Assembly: GCA_047495785.1 (NCBI GenBank)
Contig: JBLDXI010000012.1
Coordinates: 806,001 to 870,000, forward strand
Origin: Lepidodermella squamata
Taxonomy: Eukaryota; Animalia; Gastrotricha
Length of the DNA: 64,000 nt
Reading direction: 5' to 3'
Shown one piece after another: positions 37,265-49,135 of the stretch (position 1 is the first letter of the stretch; each line of letters starts with the position of its first letter). Position numbers and translations under genes: made by a program. The notes beneath the pieces were generated by a model. The model saw only the letters and a program-made list of their open reading frames with translations. It made no database searches and was not told the DNA's origin.

Positions 37265-37841
37265 ATGCGCGGCGCACTTGAAGTTTTGCAACTTCTCATC
37301 ATCTACTTCACAGGTTTGAATTATAGAATTTTAATTTCTCATTTTATGTATCATTTTTCAAGATTTTGCCAATAGTTTGCAATGCTATTCTTGTTCTAGC
37401 GGCTGCGAAGCTACACCCACTTATGGTTAGACTTTCATCGTTATTTTCCTTCTCCTAATAATTTTCCACATTAAGCCGTAACCTGCGGCGTGGGACAACT
37501 TTGGTGTGTGGTAAGAATTATCTCAAATTTTAAAAATATTAATTTTTTATAATTCGCTAATTTAGTCCTTCGCTCTACAAATCGTCTCAACCGGAACAAT
37601 CCGATCCTGCGCTTCTACATGCAGTAATGGCACGATAGGAATCGGCCTTCAGACCACCCCGGCAACGTTGGCCAACCTCGGAATTTTCTGCTGCCAAACA
37701 GACCTCTGTAACGCTTTCGGATCAGCCCGGCCATCTCATTGTTACGACTTGGCGTTGATGGCCTCGCTAATTTTCGTTGCTGGCCTTATTATTACGCTAT
37801 CTGTGACTACAGTAAAAGACATATTGTTTCTTCGAGATTAA
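37265..37841 (+). CDS. Ly6/uPAR three-finger protein with a hydrophobic (GPI-signal-like) tail
   Basis: Four exons: signal peptide, LQCYSC, C..C, RSCASTC...CCQTDLCN, hydrophobic C-terminus. Confidence 0.8.
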
Positions 37842-37907
37842 TATTAAATTAAACGCCAACAATTATTAATAAAAATAATTTTATTTACTATAGCGATTGA
37901 TTTTTCG

Positions 37908-38517
37908 TTAAATATTAACATGAACTGATACACAGGCTATTACTGATCCATCAACCAGTGTGAGTTTTACTTCGAAAGTTGAATGGCCCTGAAAAATTAA
38001 GAAATTACGTCAACAATTTATTTTCATCGCGCTAATCTTACCGATGGCCATTTGCTGGGAATTTTCACGGTATTTGGAGGTAGAGCAACTTGAACGCCAG
38101 GCTTAAGAGGACATTTATCCGGGCCGAAGAAAAGAAGGCAATTTCCAGGCGATGCCGGAAAATATTTCACTGGATGGCTCGGCTTGTCATCGGCTGTTAA
38201 TTTCGAGGTAACCACCATGACTGTATCTTCCTCGACAGCCACGTCTAGATATTTTTTCAATTAAACAAAATAAGGTGGCTTTTTCAATTCAAACTTGGCG
38301 TGAATTTTATTTTGATCGGCAAACTCGATTCGGGTTGTACTTTGCAGCTGTCTGCTGATTCTGAACACGTTCCAAGGCTGACATGGCCAACATTTTCTGA
38401 TGGCAAGAAAATAGCCTTAAATTTAAACTGAAAAATAAGCAGCATACCACATGACGTCCAAAATGCAGCTTCGCTCAATTTAAACAGAGATATCAGAAGA
38501 AAAATGCGAAAAATCAT
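37908..38517 (-). CDS. NPC2/MD-2-related lipid-binding (ML domain) protein
   Basis: Signal peptide, WTSC, C..C, IKFTP, C...KCPLKPG, WPS, IACVSV. Confidence 0.75.
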
Positions 38518-39252
38518 GTTTTGCTGCCGCGAAATCGCAATTTTGAATTTTCACATGTAGAGCGGAATAATTTTACAGCTTTTCTTATGCTGTTTATGCG
38601 AGCAGGTGAGTAATTTTTGTTTACGAATAATTCATACTGTCACGTAGTTATATGTGTCTTGAGATGTGCCGTAGTAACGCTACGTGAACGCGACAAGTGA
38701 CCCGAGATTTGTGTGCACTCTGCGCCGTTGACCAGTCCTTTACGTGTTCAAGAGAAAGGAATAGCATTGTTCACTGCAGTGTGAGGATAATCGTGGTTCT
38801 CAGATGGCCATCGTGGATTGCTCATATCCAATTCAGCGAGAAAATTACCTTCTATTGCGTGAGTGGCTGGCAGTTTTGGTAAAAAATAATCAACGAATTT
38901 CACGAAAATAAAATCATAAAATAATTGTCACGATGAATGATAATGATACTATATTATATTCACTTTGACATTGAGAAGAAAAATGAACTACATGAAATTT
39001 GAAGACCGAAAACATTTTTTCATTTGCATCACAAGTAAAACGCATCATTATCGAAATCGCAATCAAACTTTGATTTTGAGACTAACGAATCCTGATATTC
39101 AATTGAATTCTAATTAGCGCATTCCAAACTGCTGCGAAACAAGGGAATGCGTTTTAGAAATGATAATAGCGTTTTATCTATAAAAGCTAGGGCAAATACC
39201 ATAGAGGCATCATCAACAAGCCTTTCAATCATTTTTTCAGTAAATAATCAGA

Positions 39253-39851
39253 ATGCGCGTCGTACTCTTTTTGGCTGCTGTCGCCTTGATGGGCCTTGGT
39301 AAAAATCAGAATTATGCCATAATTTCTAATTGCATTTATGTTCAATTTCGATTTAAGCCTTCACCACAGTTGAAGCAGGCCGTGGTAACAAGGGTAAAAG
39401 CGTCTCGAAGAGCGTCTCGAAGAGCGTCTCCATCAGCGTGTCGTACAACCGGCAGCCGAAGAAGCACGCGATGAAGAAGCGCCCGGCCAAGAAGGCCTTC
39501 GTCGCTGGGCGCAAGCACCGCCGTGCCTCGTTATCCAAGTCCGTGTCCGCGTCGGTGTCGGCCCGCACGAACAAGCACACCCGCAAGGTCTCCACCAAGA
39601 AGTTCATGCGCGTGCACAAGCGCGGATCCATGTCCGGCTCGTTCTCGCGCTCGGGCTCCTTCGGCGGCTACAACAAGAAGCATGGCAGCAAGAAGGGCCA
39701 TGGTGGCAAGAAGTTCGGTGGCAAGAAGGGCAAGAAGCACGGTGGCAAGCACGGCAAGGGTCGCAAGGGCAGCAAGAGCGGCAGCTACTCGGCCTCCAAC
39801 AACTTCTCGTACTCGGTCGCCGTCGAAACCGGTGCTGCTCCCGGCAAATAA
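39253..39851 (+). CDS. Secreted highly basic protein, copy 2
   Basis: Same two-exon structure; TATAAAA at ~39179. Confidence 0.85.
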
Positions 39852-40302
39852 ATCATTTTAATGCAAACTTTTGCTCGATTAATTTTTCCAATGATAATTT
39901 ATTCGCAAGACTGGAAAAATAAAATCTAAAATCTAAAATAATTTGCCACATTCGAACAGTCAGTTGTGAGGGTTCCGGATTGATCGTCTTGTTATTAACT
40001 GGTCGTTTCTTGTTATTGGTCTTAACCTAGAGCCCTTTTGGATACGATTCAATGTTTTCAGTTTTAGTGTTGTATTGTTTCACCTGAATCGCGTGCTCGA
40101 CCTCGCCTGGCTCCGCATCAATTTTCATTTCAATTGTTCGCTATTCATGGCGCGCGAGGCTGCACACGTGCTCCATGCCAACGGAGGCCTATAAATGACG
40201 CCGCTTCGCCTCTAGGATATCATCAATCAGCTCTTTGCTCAATCAAAGCATCTTCTCGCTCATTTTCGCTTTCGTTCGTGTTTTCACTCACCAACCAATA
40301 AA

Positions 40303-41614
40303 ATGGCCTGCTCGTACAACTTCCAACCGACCCTGTCGACCGTCGCTCCCTCGATCGCCGGCTACTCGAGCCCGATGAACGTCGAGAGCCTGCTCCGCAG
40401 CAAGGCCGGCATCTACTCGCCGTCGTCTGTTGAGCGCAGCCTCATCAACGCCGCCGTCCCGACCCCGTTCGCTGCCGCCGCCGGCATCCACAACGTCAAC
40501 GCCTTCGCCTCGTCCCCGGTCGCCTACAACACCTTCGCCTCGCCGATCGAGTGCGGAGCCGAGACCGGCCGCGTCTTCGGTGCCGAGTGCGGTGCCCAGC
40601 TGGCCGCCATCGTCGCCGCCCGCCTCAACACCTTCGTCGGCCAGGAGGTGGCCGTCCGCATCGGCGCCCAGTGGGGAGCCGAGATGTGCGCCAAGCTGGG
40701 TGCCGAGCTCGCCGTCAAGCTCGTCAACGGCTGGCCGGTCGAGCAGTGCGCCCGCTGGTGCTACACCTTCGGAGCCGAGCACGGCGCCGAACTGGGTGCC
40801 ATCATCGCCCAGCGCCTGGGTGCCATCTACACCGCCGAGTTCGCCGCCCGCATCGGCGCCGAGCTCTTCGCCGAGGTCTGCGCCAAGCAGTGCTACATCA
40901 TCGCCGCCCGCGTCGCCGAGTCGCGCTTCGGTGGTGCCCGCCTCGCCAACAACTGGACCGGCTCGTTCGAGCGCTTCGGTGGCATCAACTACCCGACCAC
41001 CTTCGGCCCCTTCGGCGCCAACACCTGGTCGAACACCCTGTCGGCTGACAACAAGCTGTACAACATCGCCTTCCGCCCGTCCTCCGAGGTCGAGCTCTAC
41101 ACCCTGACCCACCCGATCCGCATGATCGACGTCGAGGGCAACCGCCAGCTGTACCTGTGCTTCGAGCTCAAGGGCTTCAAGCCTGAGGAAGTCACCGTCA
41201 CCCTGAACAAGGCCGAGCGCGCCGTCGTCGTCGAGGCTGCCCACGAGGCCAAGGACGGCAAGGAGCACACCGTCGCCCGCAAGTACTCGCGCAAGTTCGT
41301 CCTGCCCGAGGTTTGTAAACTTCTTGAAATTTCAATCACCTCTGACTTAATTATCTTTCTAGACCCTTGCCAAGATCGACCTGACCAAGGTTGAGCTCAA
41401 GTCGTGCCTGACCCAGGAGGGCCACCTCGTCGTCGAGTGCCAGCTGCCGAAGATGACCACCGAGGAGATCGCCAAGTGCCCGACCATGTCCGAGCTGTAC
41501 AACAAGCTGCCCGCCTTCGGAGGCTTCAACGCCGCCGTCCAGGCCTTCGGCGGCATCAACGGCGTCAACTGCAACGTCAACCACGTCAAGCCCGTCACCG
41601 TCAAGACCGCCTAA
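40303..41614 (+). CDS. Long small heat-shock protein (C-terminal alpha-crystallin domain, N-terminal GAE repeats), copy 1
   Basis: FELKGFKPEEVTV...VVEAAHE...RKYSRKFVLPE|...LKSCLTQEGHLVVE; intron 41311-41362; TATA at ~40190; strong GC3 bias. Confidence 0.85.
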
Positions 41615-42137
41615 ATGAACTTCGAGCGAGTATTGGAGTCATAATCACGCTATTCAAAAGAACTTCTGATGAAAACTTTACATGATATAGCTTCAACTAT
41701 GCTTTTGCAATGTTGATGCAATGATGCGTTTTTTCGAACGAATAAAGATTTTGCGTGGTAAAAAATAATGCATTTTTATCAATTATTGTCATTATTTGCC
41801 ACCGGCAATAATTCTCCACCTCAACTTTGTTGTCGCTTGTCCACGAAATTGTGTTTCGCACCTGTGCAAAAATGACGGTAAAACTGCTGAGCCATATTGA
41901 AACCATATGATGCAATGGCATCTGGAAACATTACCTACAAAAGGTGCTGAACGCCAGCATTCATATTTTTTCCATCACAGTCGAATTTCGCGTAATAAGA
42001 TCACATATTGCCACATTTTAGAAGTCAGTCAAGGAATCCTATACAGGTGATATTTTGACCTTTTCAACCTTTGTGTTCAATTTTGTTCTATTTTCAGCGA
42101 AAACTTACCAAAAATAAGTCCGACACGTAAAACGTCG

Positions 42138-42701
42138 TTGCGGTTATTTTCTTCAGTTTCACTATTTTTCCGAAATCTAAACCTCTGCACGCCGAAGCGC
42201 CGGCGACATCTGGTCCTGAAATGCCATTCCTGCGGCGATGAGGAAGACAACGTGAAGGAGTTCAAAGAGCACATCGACGAGCGGCATCCCGACTGGAAAC
42301 GTGAAGGGTACACTTTTCACTGCCAAACTTGCTCCGATATCTTCTTCAAATTCCGCGAATTCCAAGACCACGTTTATTCATGCTACGATAATCTCGAAAA
42401 TCAGCGACCCCGGAAAACAAGTTCCACAGGCAGCGATCTTAGTCGGTCTTCAGAGAATAATTACGCAAGGGTCGTCGACCCTGTTCAGCTTTCTTATGAT
42501 TCTACCCTGAAATTGTGCGTCAGCCTTCGCTCCAAGGGAGTTCATTCGTCACAAATCGATCAGGTTGTTCAAAACGCAATCGATTTGGCTCGATGCTCGG
42601 GTTCCAGCGCGATGGCCTTGCGTCTCATGGAATTGGCGAGTGAAATCGGACGCGAAAAGGCCGTCATTTCACAAGGATTTGACGAGCATATAATATTTTG
42701 A
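42138..42701 (+). CDS. C2H2-type zinc-finger protein (start uncertain)
   Basis: CHSC-x12-HIDERH and CQTC-x12-HVYSC. Confidence 0.55.
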   Translation: MRLFSSVSLFFRNLNLCTPKRRRHLVLKCHSCGDEEDNVKEFKEHIDERHPDWKREGYTFHCQTCSDIFFKFREFQDHVYSCYDNLENQRPRKTSSTGSDLSRSSENNYARVVDPVQLSYDSTLKLCVSLRSKGVHSSQIDQVVQNAIDLARCSGSSAMALRLMELASEIGREKAVISQGFDEHIIF

Positions 42702-43340
42702 TTAATTATCGCTGAATTTTGGCAGCTAGCCAAATTTTGTTGTTGTTTTCAGTGCGAGCTTCCTTCGCCTTTGATTTTCAATTTTCCTTTTCCGACCTTC
42801 GGCTTACGATTTCTGTTTTCTTCAATCATTTGATACATTTCCGAATAAATAGTGTACTCTTCGTTTCATGTCTGTCGCCATTTTGCAGGTCATTCGATTT
42901 CCTACAAATAAATTTTCCTGGATTGATGGCCTGATCAATGAGTATAGACAGGCCTTATAACAGCACCATTGATATCACTTTTTTTGTCATTGGGCGGCGG
43001 CCAAATGCGTTTCGGCGCCAATAAGATCACGCGACCAGCACGCGTGACGCAAAAAATGACCAGCAAAATTTGGCAAAAAACTAGCAAGCACTGGCATTGC
43101 TAAGGTCAATATAATATTATAGTCATTTTTATCCTCGTCCATTTTCGCTACAATATTTGAACGATGATCTAAATTCTTCAATTTTTATATAGGCATGATT
43201 TTTAATTGCATCCAAGCTGTGCCACTGAAATTGCTATATGCTTCTTCTGCTATTGAACAAATTACAGTGAATTACATTTCAACTGGTTGAATCGATTGAA
43301 TCAATATAACAGCGTAACGGAAATGCGACCTCGAATTCGA

Positions 43341-44087
43341 ATGAAATTCTCCATTCTGATTGGCCTTGTTCAGCTTGTTGCGTCGACGTTTGGCGACGAT
43401 ATTGAATCGGTAAAGCAGCTAAAGAGTGCTCGCGATTGGCAACGCGCCAGTGATGATACACCATCAACGTCACCCCCTTTCCGGATAAACGATGTAATGA
43501 GCTCCTCTCCAACACCAGAACCTATTGCATCGAGCAATAACAGCCAATATCGATACAGGTTAGGCACAATTTTAAACCGACAAATTAAAATATCCGCCTT
43601 AATTTTTTTTACCGAAAAAAATGAATTATTATTTGCATTATTTTTATTATCTTTAATTTTTTAATTAATTATTCGAATATTATTTTTTTTTAATTTTGCG
43701 TTTTTTTTAATTTTTATTAGCAAGCCGGCGAATGGCGATGCATCTGGCACTTACACCCGAGCGGCAATCGGTGTAACAATTGCCGCTTTTTTCTGCGTCG
43801 TCGGCGTCATATTATCCGCCATTCTCGAACAGCACAGGCAAAAACAACTGATCGAAGCGCAAGGCGCGTTCTCGGTCGATCAAAGCCCGTTCATATCTCG
43901 CGCAACTTCGATGCAAGTATCGACAATCAGCGCCGGCAACTGGCGCTCGCCGTCCGTGCCGATTATTGCAGCTAATCGAGACAGCTTTTGCAACGAGCCG
44001 TCGCCGTCGATAATCAACGCGAAGGTGTTGTATGCCCGGCAAAATTCAAACTCGAGTGATCGGTCGTCCGCATGCGGCATCGTTTGA
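43341..44087 (+). CDS. Single-pass type I membrane protein of unknown function
   Basis: Signal peptide MKFSILIGLVQLVASTFG; intron 43559-43720; TM AAIGVTIAAFFCVVGVILSAIL; stop at 44085-44087. Confidence 0.6.
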
Positions 44088-44419
44088 TAAAACAAATATA
44101 GAGTGAATTATGATGTGTTGAATTTTCCGTGAGAGAAATTGGCATTCTGAATTCTGAACCTTCTTTACAATGCTGGCATTTTTTTTTGTTTTGCAAATAA
44201 ATTTTTTCATTTTCCAAGTCTTGAGCATTTTTTCATAAACTAGGTACCGTAAAAGCTCTTATTTTGGAAAAAACCATGAAGAGAAAATCCGGAAAAAATA
44301 ATAAAAATATGATATTTTTAGAGAATACGGGGATGACGATTTTCGATGACTGTTAAAATTTTCAGAACTTTTACATATCACCTTGATTTTATAAAAATAG
44401 TTAAAGGTATGAAAGGTAT

Positions 44420-45290
44420 GAAGGTTAGTGAAATTGGACACAAGTGTTAATATTGGACACCTCATTAGCATATGCATGTTTTTTATAAAACGCGCAGGAA
44501 TTTGTATTTTTTACAAAATTATTTCATACATGGCGTCTTGCCAACTCAATTGAAATCCTTCCCCAATCTACGCATTTAACAGGCCTAAATTTACCACAGA
44601 CGTAGAGTTGACATCCCCAATTTCGGCCACTTCCTAAATTTGTCCACTGCGACCTTATCCAGGCCGCCGGCCGAAATTTGGACACAAAGTGCTGTGCAGT
44701 AGTTTTTTGCACGAAACTTAACAGATTTGCATTGTCTGTTTCATGATTTTTCAAGCACGTGATCGCAAAAAATGATTCTAAATGGACGAGGATGTTTATT
44801 GAGGTGGCAAAAATTAGGACACCCTAATTTCAACCAGGAGTCTAGATTACTACTAAATTAGCCATAAATTGAGGGCAAATCGTCCAGGCATGCAGAAACC
44901 AGAATTCGATAGCCCGATAACTCCTCCATAAATATTTTTTGTCAATAATTTCCTAAGGGTTCACCTGGCTGGTAAAGTAGGAAAACCCCATTAAGTGGCC
45001 GAATTTAGGGCGCAGTGCTCTAACTTGAACTTTGAGCTCATGAAATGTTCTGAATTCTCTGCGGCTAGTTCATAATGTTTTCCACCTGCCGGCTGTTCAA
45101 GCTTGGGGTGAAAGTTCAAAGCGATTGGAATCCGGGGGTTGACTGGGAATTAGGGGTCCCAAAAGGAAGTTTTGAGGCAATTGATTAATTTTCTAAAAGT
45201 CAGGTATTTTTGAGCCTTCTTAGATGAACGCAAGAAATGTGAAAAGGTGGATTGCCAGGGCCAAATTTAACCAGCTTGACTGTAGTTAAC
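44420..45290. mobile_element. Degenerate DNA-transposon/MITE relic
   Basis: Scattered aaattggacac / ctaaattt..ccac / gtggccgaatttagg subterminal-type motifs in both orientations; no clean TIR pair. Confidence 0.35.
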
Positions 45291-45719
45291 CTCAATAAGA
45301 AACATTCCCCACACAAATGCAAGGCTTGATGCCTATCGCATTCTCGAATAGCCCATGGAGACGGTTAATTTACTAAAAAATAAGCCGTTTTAGATTAAAA
45401 AATTCCAGGGCGCTATTTCCGTAAAATAAAATCGATAGTTTCCGATTATATTATTCGTAAAAAAAAATAAACCGTTGCTGAGTTATTTTTTTAGCTCCAT
45501 CCGATGTTTAACTCGATCGTCGGCACTTATCGCAACGCCTCTCTGTTCTACGCATTTGTTTATTATTATTTTTTCCCCGCTGCTTCCGATATAAAAAAAT
45601 GTGAATGGTACTTGTAATTGCATAATCGCTTTATCTCGAGGCGAAAAAGCGCGAGATGGTGTAGCCAATAAATATCATCAGTTCGATTCGTAAAATAAAA
45701 GCAGCAGTTCTATCGAAGA

Positions 45720-46234
45720 TGTTCCACGCTTCGATAGCCGTGTTCTTGCTGTGGCACCAAGTCGATTTTTCAATCGCAACAATTTTTCGCATTAAATTGC
45801 TCAAATCCGACGGCGTCACTGTGGTCCTACCGCTACCGGTGCTTCACCCAGTTCTAAAAACTCACAATGTCATCGCTCATGATTACGAGCCACCGCGACG
45901 TGAATGGTCGTCCTATGTTTTGTTGATGCCCATTATTTCAGGCCTGGCTGTTTTACTCATCGTCGCCTCGATTCTCGCCAAGTGCGTGCAAAATCGACGC
46001 CGGTTGAAGCAGTACCAAATTTTGGAGAAAATGCGTCTTCTTAAGCGGGCGATGCATGAAGTGAAAAGTAGGCAGTTGAGCCTGTCGACGCAATCCGGTT
46101 CGTCATCAACAGTGTCAGGCGATTGCGATGAGGCAAGCAAAGATCCGCCCACTAAAACGACTTGTATTGCCCATCACGAGGGAACATCGACAACATTCGC
46201 TACTCCAGCAACGTCCCCTCTCGCTTGGGTATGA
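45720..46234 (+). CDS. Single-pass membrane protein of unknown function
   Basis: Hydrophobic N-terminus, TM VLLMPIISGLAVLLIVASILA followed by a basic stop-transfer segment, Ser/Thr-rich tail. Confidence 0.5.
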
Positions 46235-46328
46235 TTGCGATCGAACGCAAAATAATTAGCCAGCTACCTCAATTTGCTATGAGAATAAAAAACGCAGCAG
46301 GAAAATTATTGGGTTTTTTTCGAATTTT

Positions 46329-46378
46329 AAAAATATGGAACGCTTCACGATTTTGCGTGTCATCCTTGCGCAGGGGCC

Positions 46379-46417
<39 letters not shown>

Positions 46418-46434
46418 CCAATCCGAAGATTGAC
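46329..46434 (-). ncRNA. U6: U6 snRNA
   Basis: Reverse complement of 36942-37047 with the same upstream motifs. Confidence 0.97.
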
Positions 46435-46666
46435 ATTCCAAAAATCTCTGACCAGCAATAAATACAGAGATAAATTGAGATGTAATTTCGTCTGGTCTCA
46501 TTTGCATATTCAAAAATAGAATTTGCTGAGTGAACTTTCTGATGCTTCATCCATTAAATTACTGCCAATATTAGAATATACTGGAATATGATTTACAATT
46601 TTTTATTTATTTTATTCTTCAGATCATAGAATAAATAATAACCTTTGGAAAAACGGTTGCAAAGTT

Positions 46667-47259
46667 TTATGAGTGGGGAGCAGCACCGGTTTCGACGGCG
46701 ACCGAGTACGAGAAGTTGTTGGAGGCCGAGTAGCTGCCGCTCTTGCTGCCCTTGCGACCCTTGCCGTGCTTGCCACCGTGCTTCTTGCCGCCAAACTTCT
46801 TGCCGCCGAACTTCTTGCCGCCATGGCCCTTCTTGTTGCCATGCTTCTTGTTGAAGCCGCCGAAGGAGCCCGAGCGCGAGTACGAGCCGGACATGGATCC
46901 GCGCTTGTGCACGCGCATGAACTTCTTGGTGGAGACCTTGCGGGTGTGCTTGTTCGTGCGGGCCGACACCGACGCGGACACGGACTTGGAGAACGAGGCA
47001 CGGCGGTGCTTGCGTCCAGCGACGAAGGCCTTCTTGGCCGGGCGCTTCTTCATCGCGTGCTTCTTCGGCTGCCGGTTGTACGACACGCTGATGGAGACGC
47101 TCTTCGAAACGCTTTTACCCTTGTTACCACGGCCAGCCTCAACGCTGGTGAAGGCTGCAATCGAAATTGAACATGAATGCAATGGGAAATTATGGCATAA
47201 TTCTGATTTTTACCAAGGCCCATCAAGGCGACAGCAGCCAAAACTAAGACAGCTCGCAT
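46667..47259 (-). CDS. Secreted highly basic protein, copy 3 (C-terminus AAPHS)
   Basis: Same two-exon structure; TATA position reads ATTAAAG instead of TATAAAAG. Confidence 0.8.
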
Positions 47260-47508
47260 GTTGGTTAGTTTAGTAATGAATTGAGATGAATCTTCGAATA
47301 AAGGATGTGATGAATGCCTCTTCTAGGGCTGGGCCAAAGCTTTAATGGATTCCGCTCTCATTATACTTTCCATCGCAAGTCATTAGAAGTGCGCATGTTA
47401 CAATTAGTCGTTACCATCATTATTATTTATTTACGCTCAAATTAATATCCGATTCAATTTTCAAAATTTGTTCTTCGCTAACTTATACAAGATTTCGGAA
47501 AACTAATA

Positions 47509-48032
47509 CTGTATACGTCGTAATTTTCGTTGTGACTTAATTTTCGTTAAGGGCTATATTTTCGTTGTCTCGACCAAAATAACGAAAATTAATGCAACGA
47601 AATTTTATCCTATGTTATTTAGCTAAAAACCACTGAAACCAGTACCGAATTGCTAGAAATTGCCAAACCAGTTAAAATTCAGTCAATCAATGAGTACACG
47701 GGTTCGGTGCTATTGTCAACGATTGCTCGGGCGTAGTGAGAGCGCAAGGAGGCATCAGACACATCGATGTTCATGCTGTTGACCTGCCTGAGGCGAGTCT
47801 AATGATTTCAGTTAACGTAGCATGGCGAATAGATGGAACCTGATCGGCCGTCACTTCAACTGCCGAGAAGCCTTACTTAGTATCCAAATTTGCATTAGGC
47901 TTACATTTTCGCTGGGTTCAAAATTTCGTTGCAAACTGGGCCAACGAAAATAAAAGCAACGAAAATTAGATTATAGATGGCGAATCGCCAATAACGAAAA
48001 TAAGGTCACAACGAAAATTACGACGTATACAG
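47509..48032. mobile_element. Tc1/mariner-type MITE with TA TSD
   Basis: TA|CTGTATACGTCGTAATTTTCGTTGTGAC ... GTCACAACGAAAATTACGACGTATACAG|TA; internal aacgaaaat repeats. Confidence 0.88.
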
Positions 48033-48083
48033 TATGCCCCTAAACTAATATGAATAAATAAATACTTATAAAACAAAAAATAT

Positions 48084-48155
48084 AGGTCCCATCGAGAATC
48101 GAACTCGAGTCGCTGGATTCAGAGTCCAGAGTGCTAACCGCTACACCATGGAACC
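48084..48155 (-). tRNA. tRNA-Gln(CTG)
   Basis: GGTTCCATGGTGTAGCGGTTAGCACTCTGGACT-CTG-AATCCAG...GTTCGATT; cloverleaf intact. Confidence 0.93.
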
Positions 48156-48489
48156 TTCTCATACTAGTCGTTCGTATTATGCTGAAGTTCCGTGTCTCAG
48201 GAAAAAGAAGAACCTAATTTAAAAATTCTTGCTTTAGGCTGGTATCGAGATATCAAGCTATTTGGTTGCTGCATTGTTTTGTCGACGAGATATAAGCTCA
48301 CATTATGATAAATAATTATGCGATGCGGACATGTAGCACAACATCTTCGATTAACATGCTGTAAGGTTTTTATTAATACATACCAATAATAATGTTATTA
48401 ATTATGACGCTTAAAGTTATTTCGTGCAGCACACTGGGCCGTAAAATAAAAATAAAAATAAATAAAAATAAAAAAAGCAAAACATATAG

Positions 48490-48561
48490 GGGCCTGTCCG
48501 GGAATTGAACCCGGGACCTCTCGCACCCTAAGCGAGAATCATACCACTAGACCAACAGGCC
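48490..48561 (-). tRNA. tRNA-Pro(AGG)
   Basis: GGCCTGTTGGTCTAGTGGTATGATTCTCGCTT-AGG-GTGCGAGAGGTCCCGGGTTCAATTCCCGG. Confidence 0.95.
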
Positions 48562-49135
48562 GGCTGATATACAGGGCACAGTTGACGGTACAGGTTGTTG
48601 GGCATCGCTGGCTGCGCAAACACCACAAAGCGGTACACTGTAGCAACCATATTTCATAAATCCTCAGCTTACATGGCTTGCGTTGCCGAAATGGGTAATA
48701 ATTACTGGAGAATATAACGCAGCCGACAGTTTCAGTCCATTTATTCATGTATTTTATTCATCGATCCTCATTTATATTAATTATTATGCAGAACATGAAC
48801 ATTAGTTTTTCAGCAATTTTATCAGCCAATTTCAATAGGTTTACGTCGTCATTGATGCGCTATTCTTCAACCAACCAATTTAAGCATTTTTTATTGAGTT
48901 AGGAATTCGAAATTGGGATTGACGATTTCTAAACTTTGCATGGAGTTGAGACAAATAAGTGGATTATCAAGATTTCGTTGATCTTCATCTTATTAATGGT
49001 CAGCGAAGTTGTACTTGGGCTACTCGCTTAAATCACACATTTTTTTGAACGATTGCAGCTGAATAAACTTGTTAGTTGCCGAGTATCAACTTCATCAGCA
49101 CCTGACTTCAGTCTACTTTATTCTCGCGCAGAGAA

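Noticed and set aside
40288-41268. Long antisense and alternative-frame ORFs over the sHSP and basic-protein genes (also 59634-60707, 36116-36610 and others)
   Set aside because: Expected shadows of extreme GC3 codon bias; no independent promoter, splice or domain evidence
46162-46550. ORFs of 93-99 aa on both strands
   Set aside because: They are translations of the U6 gene and its promoter
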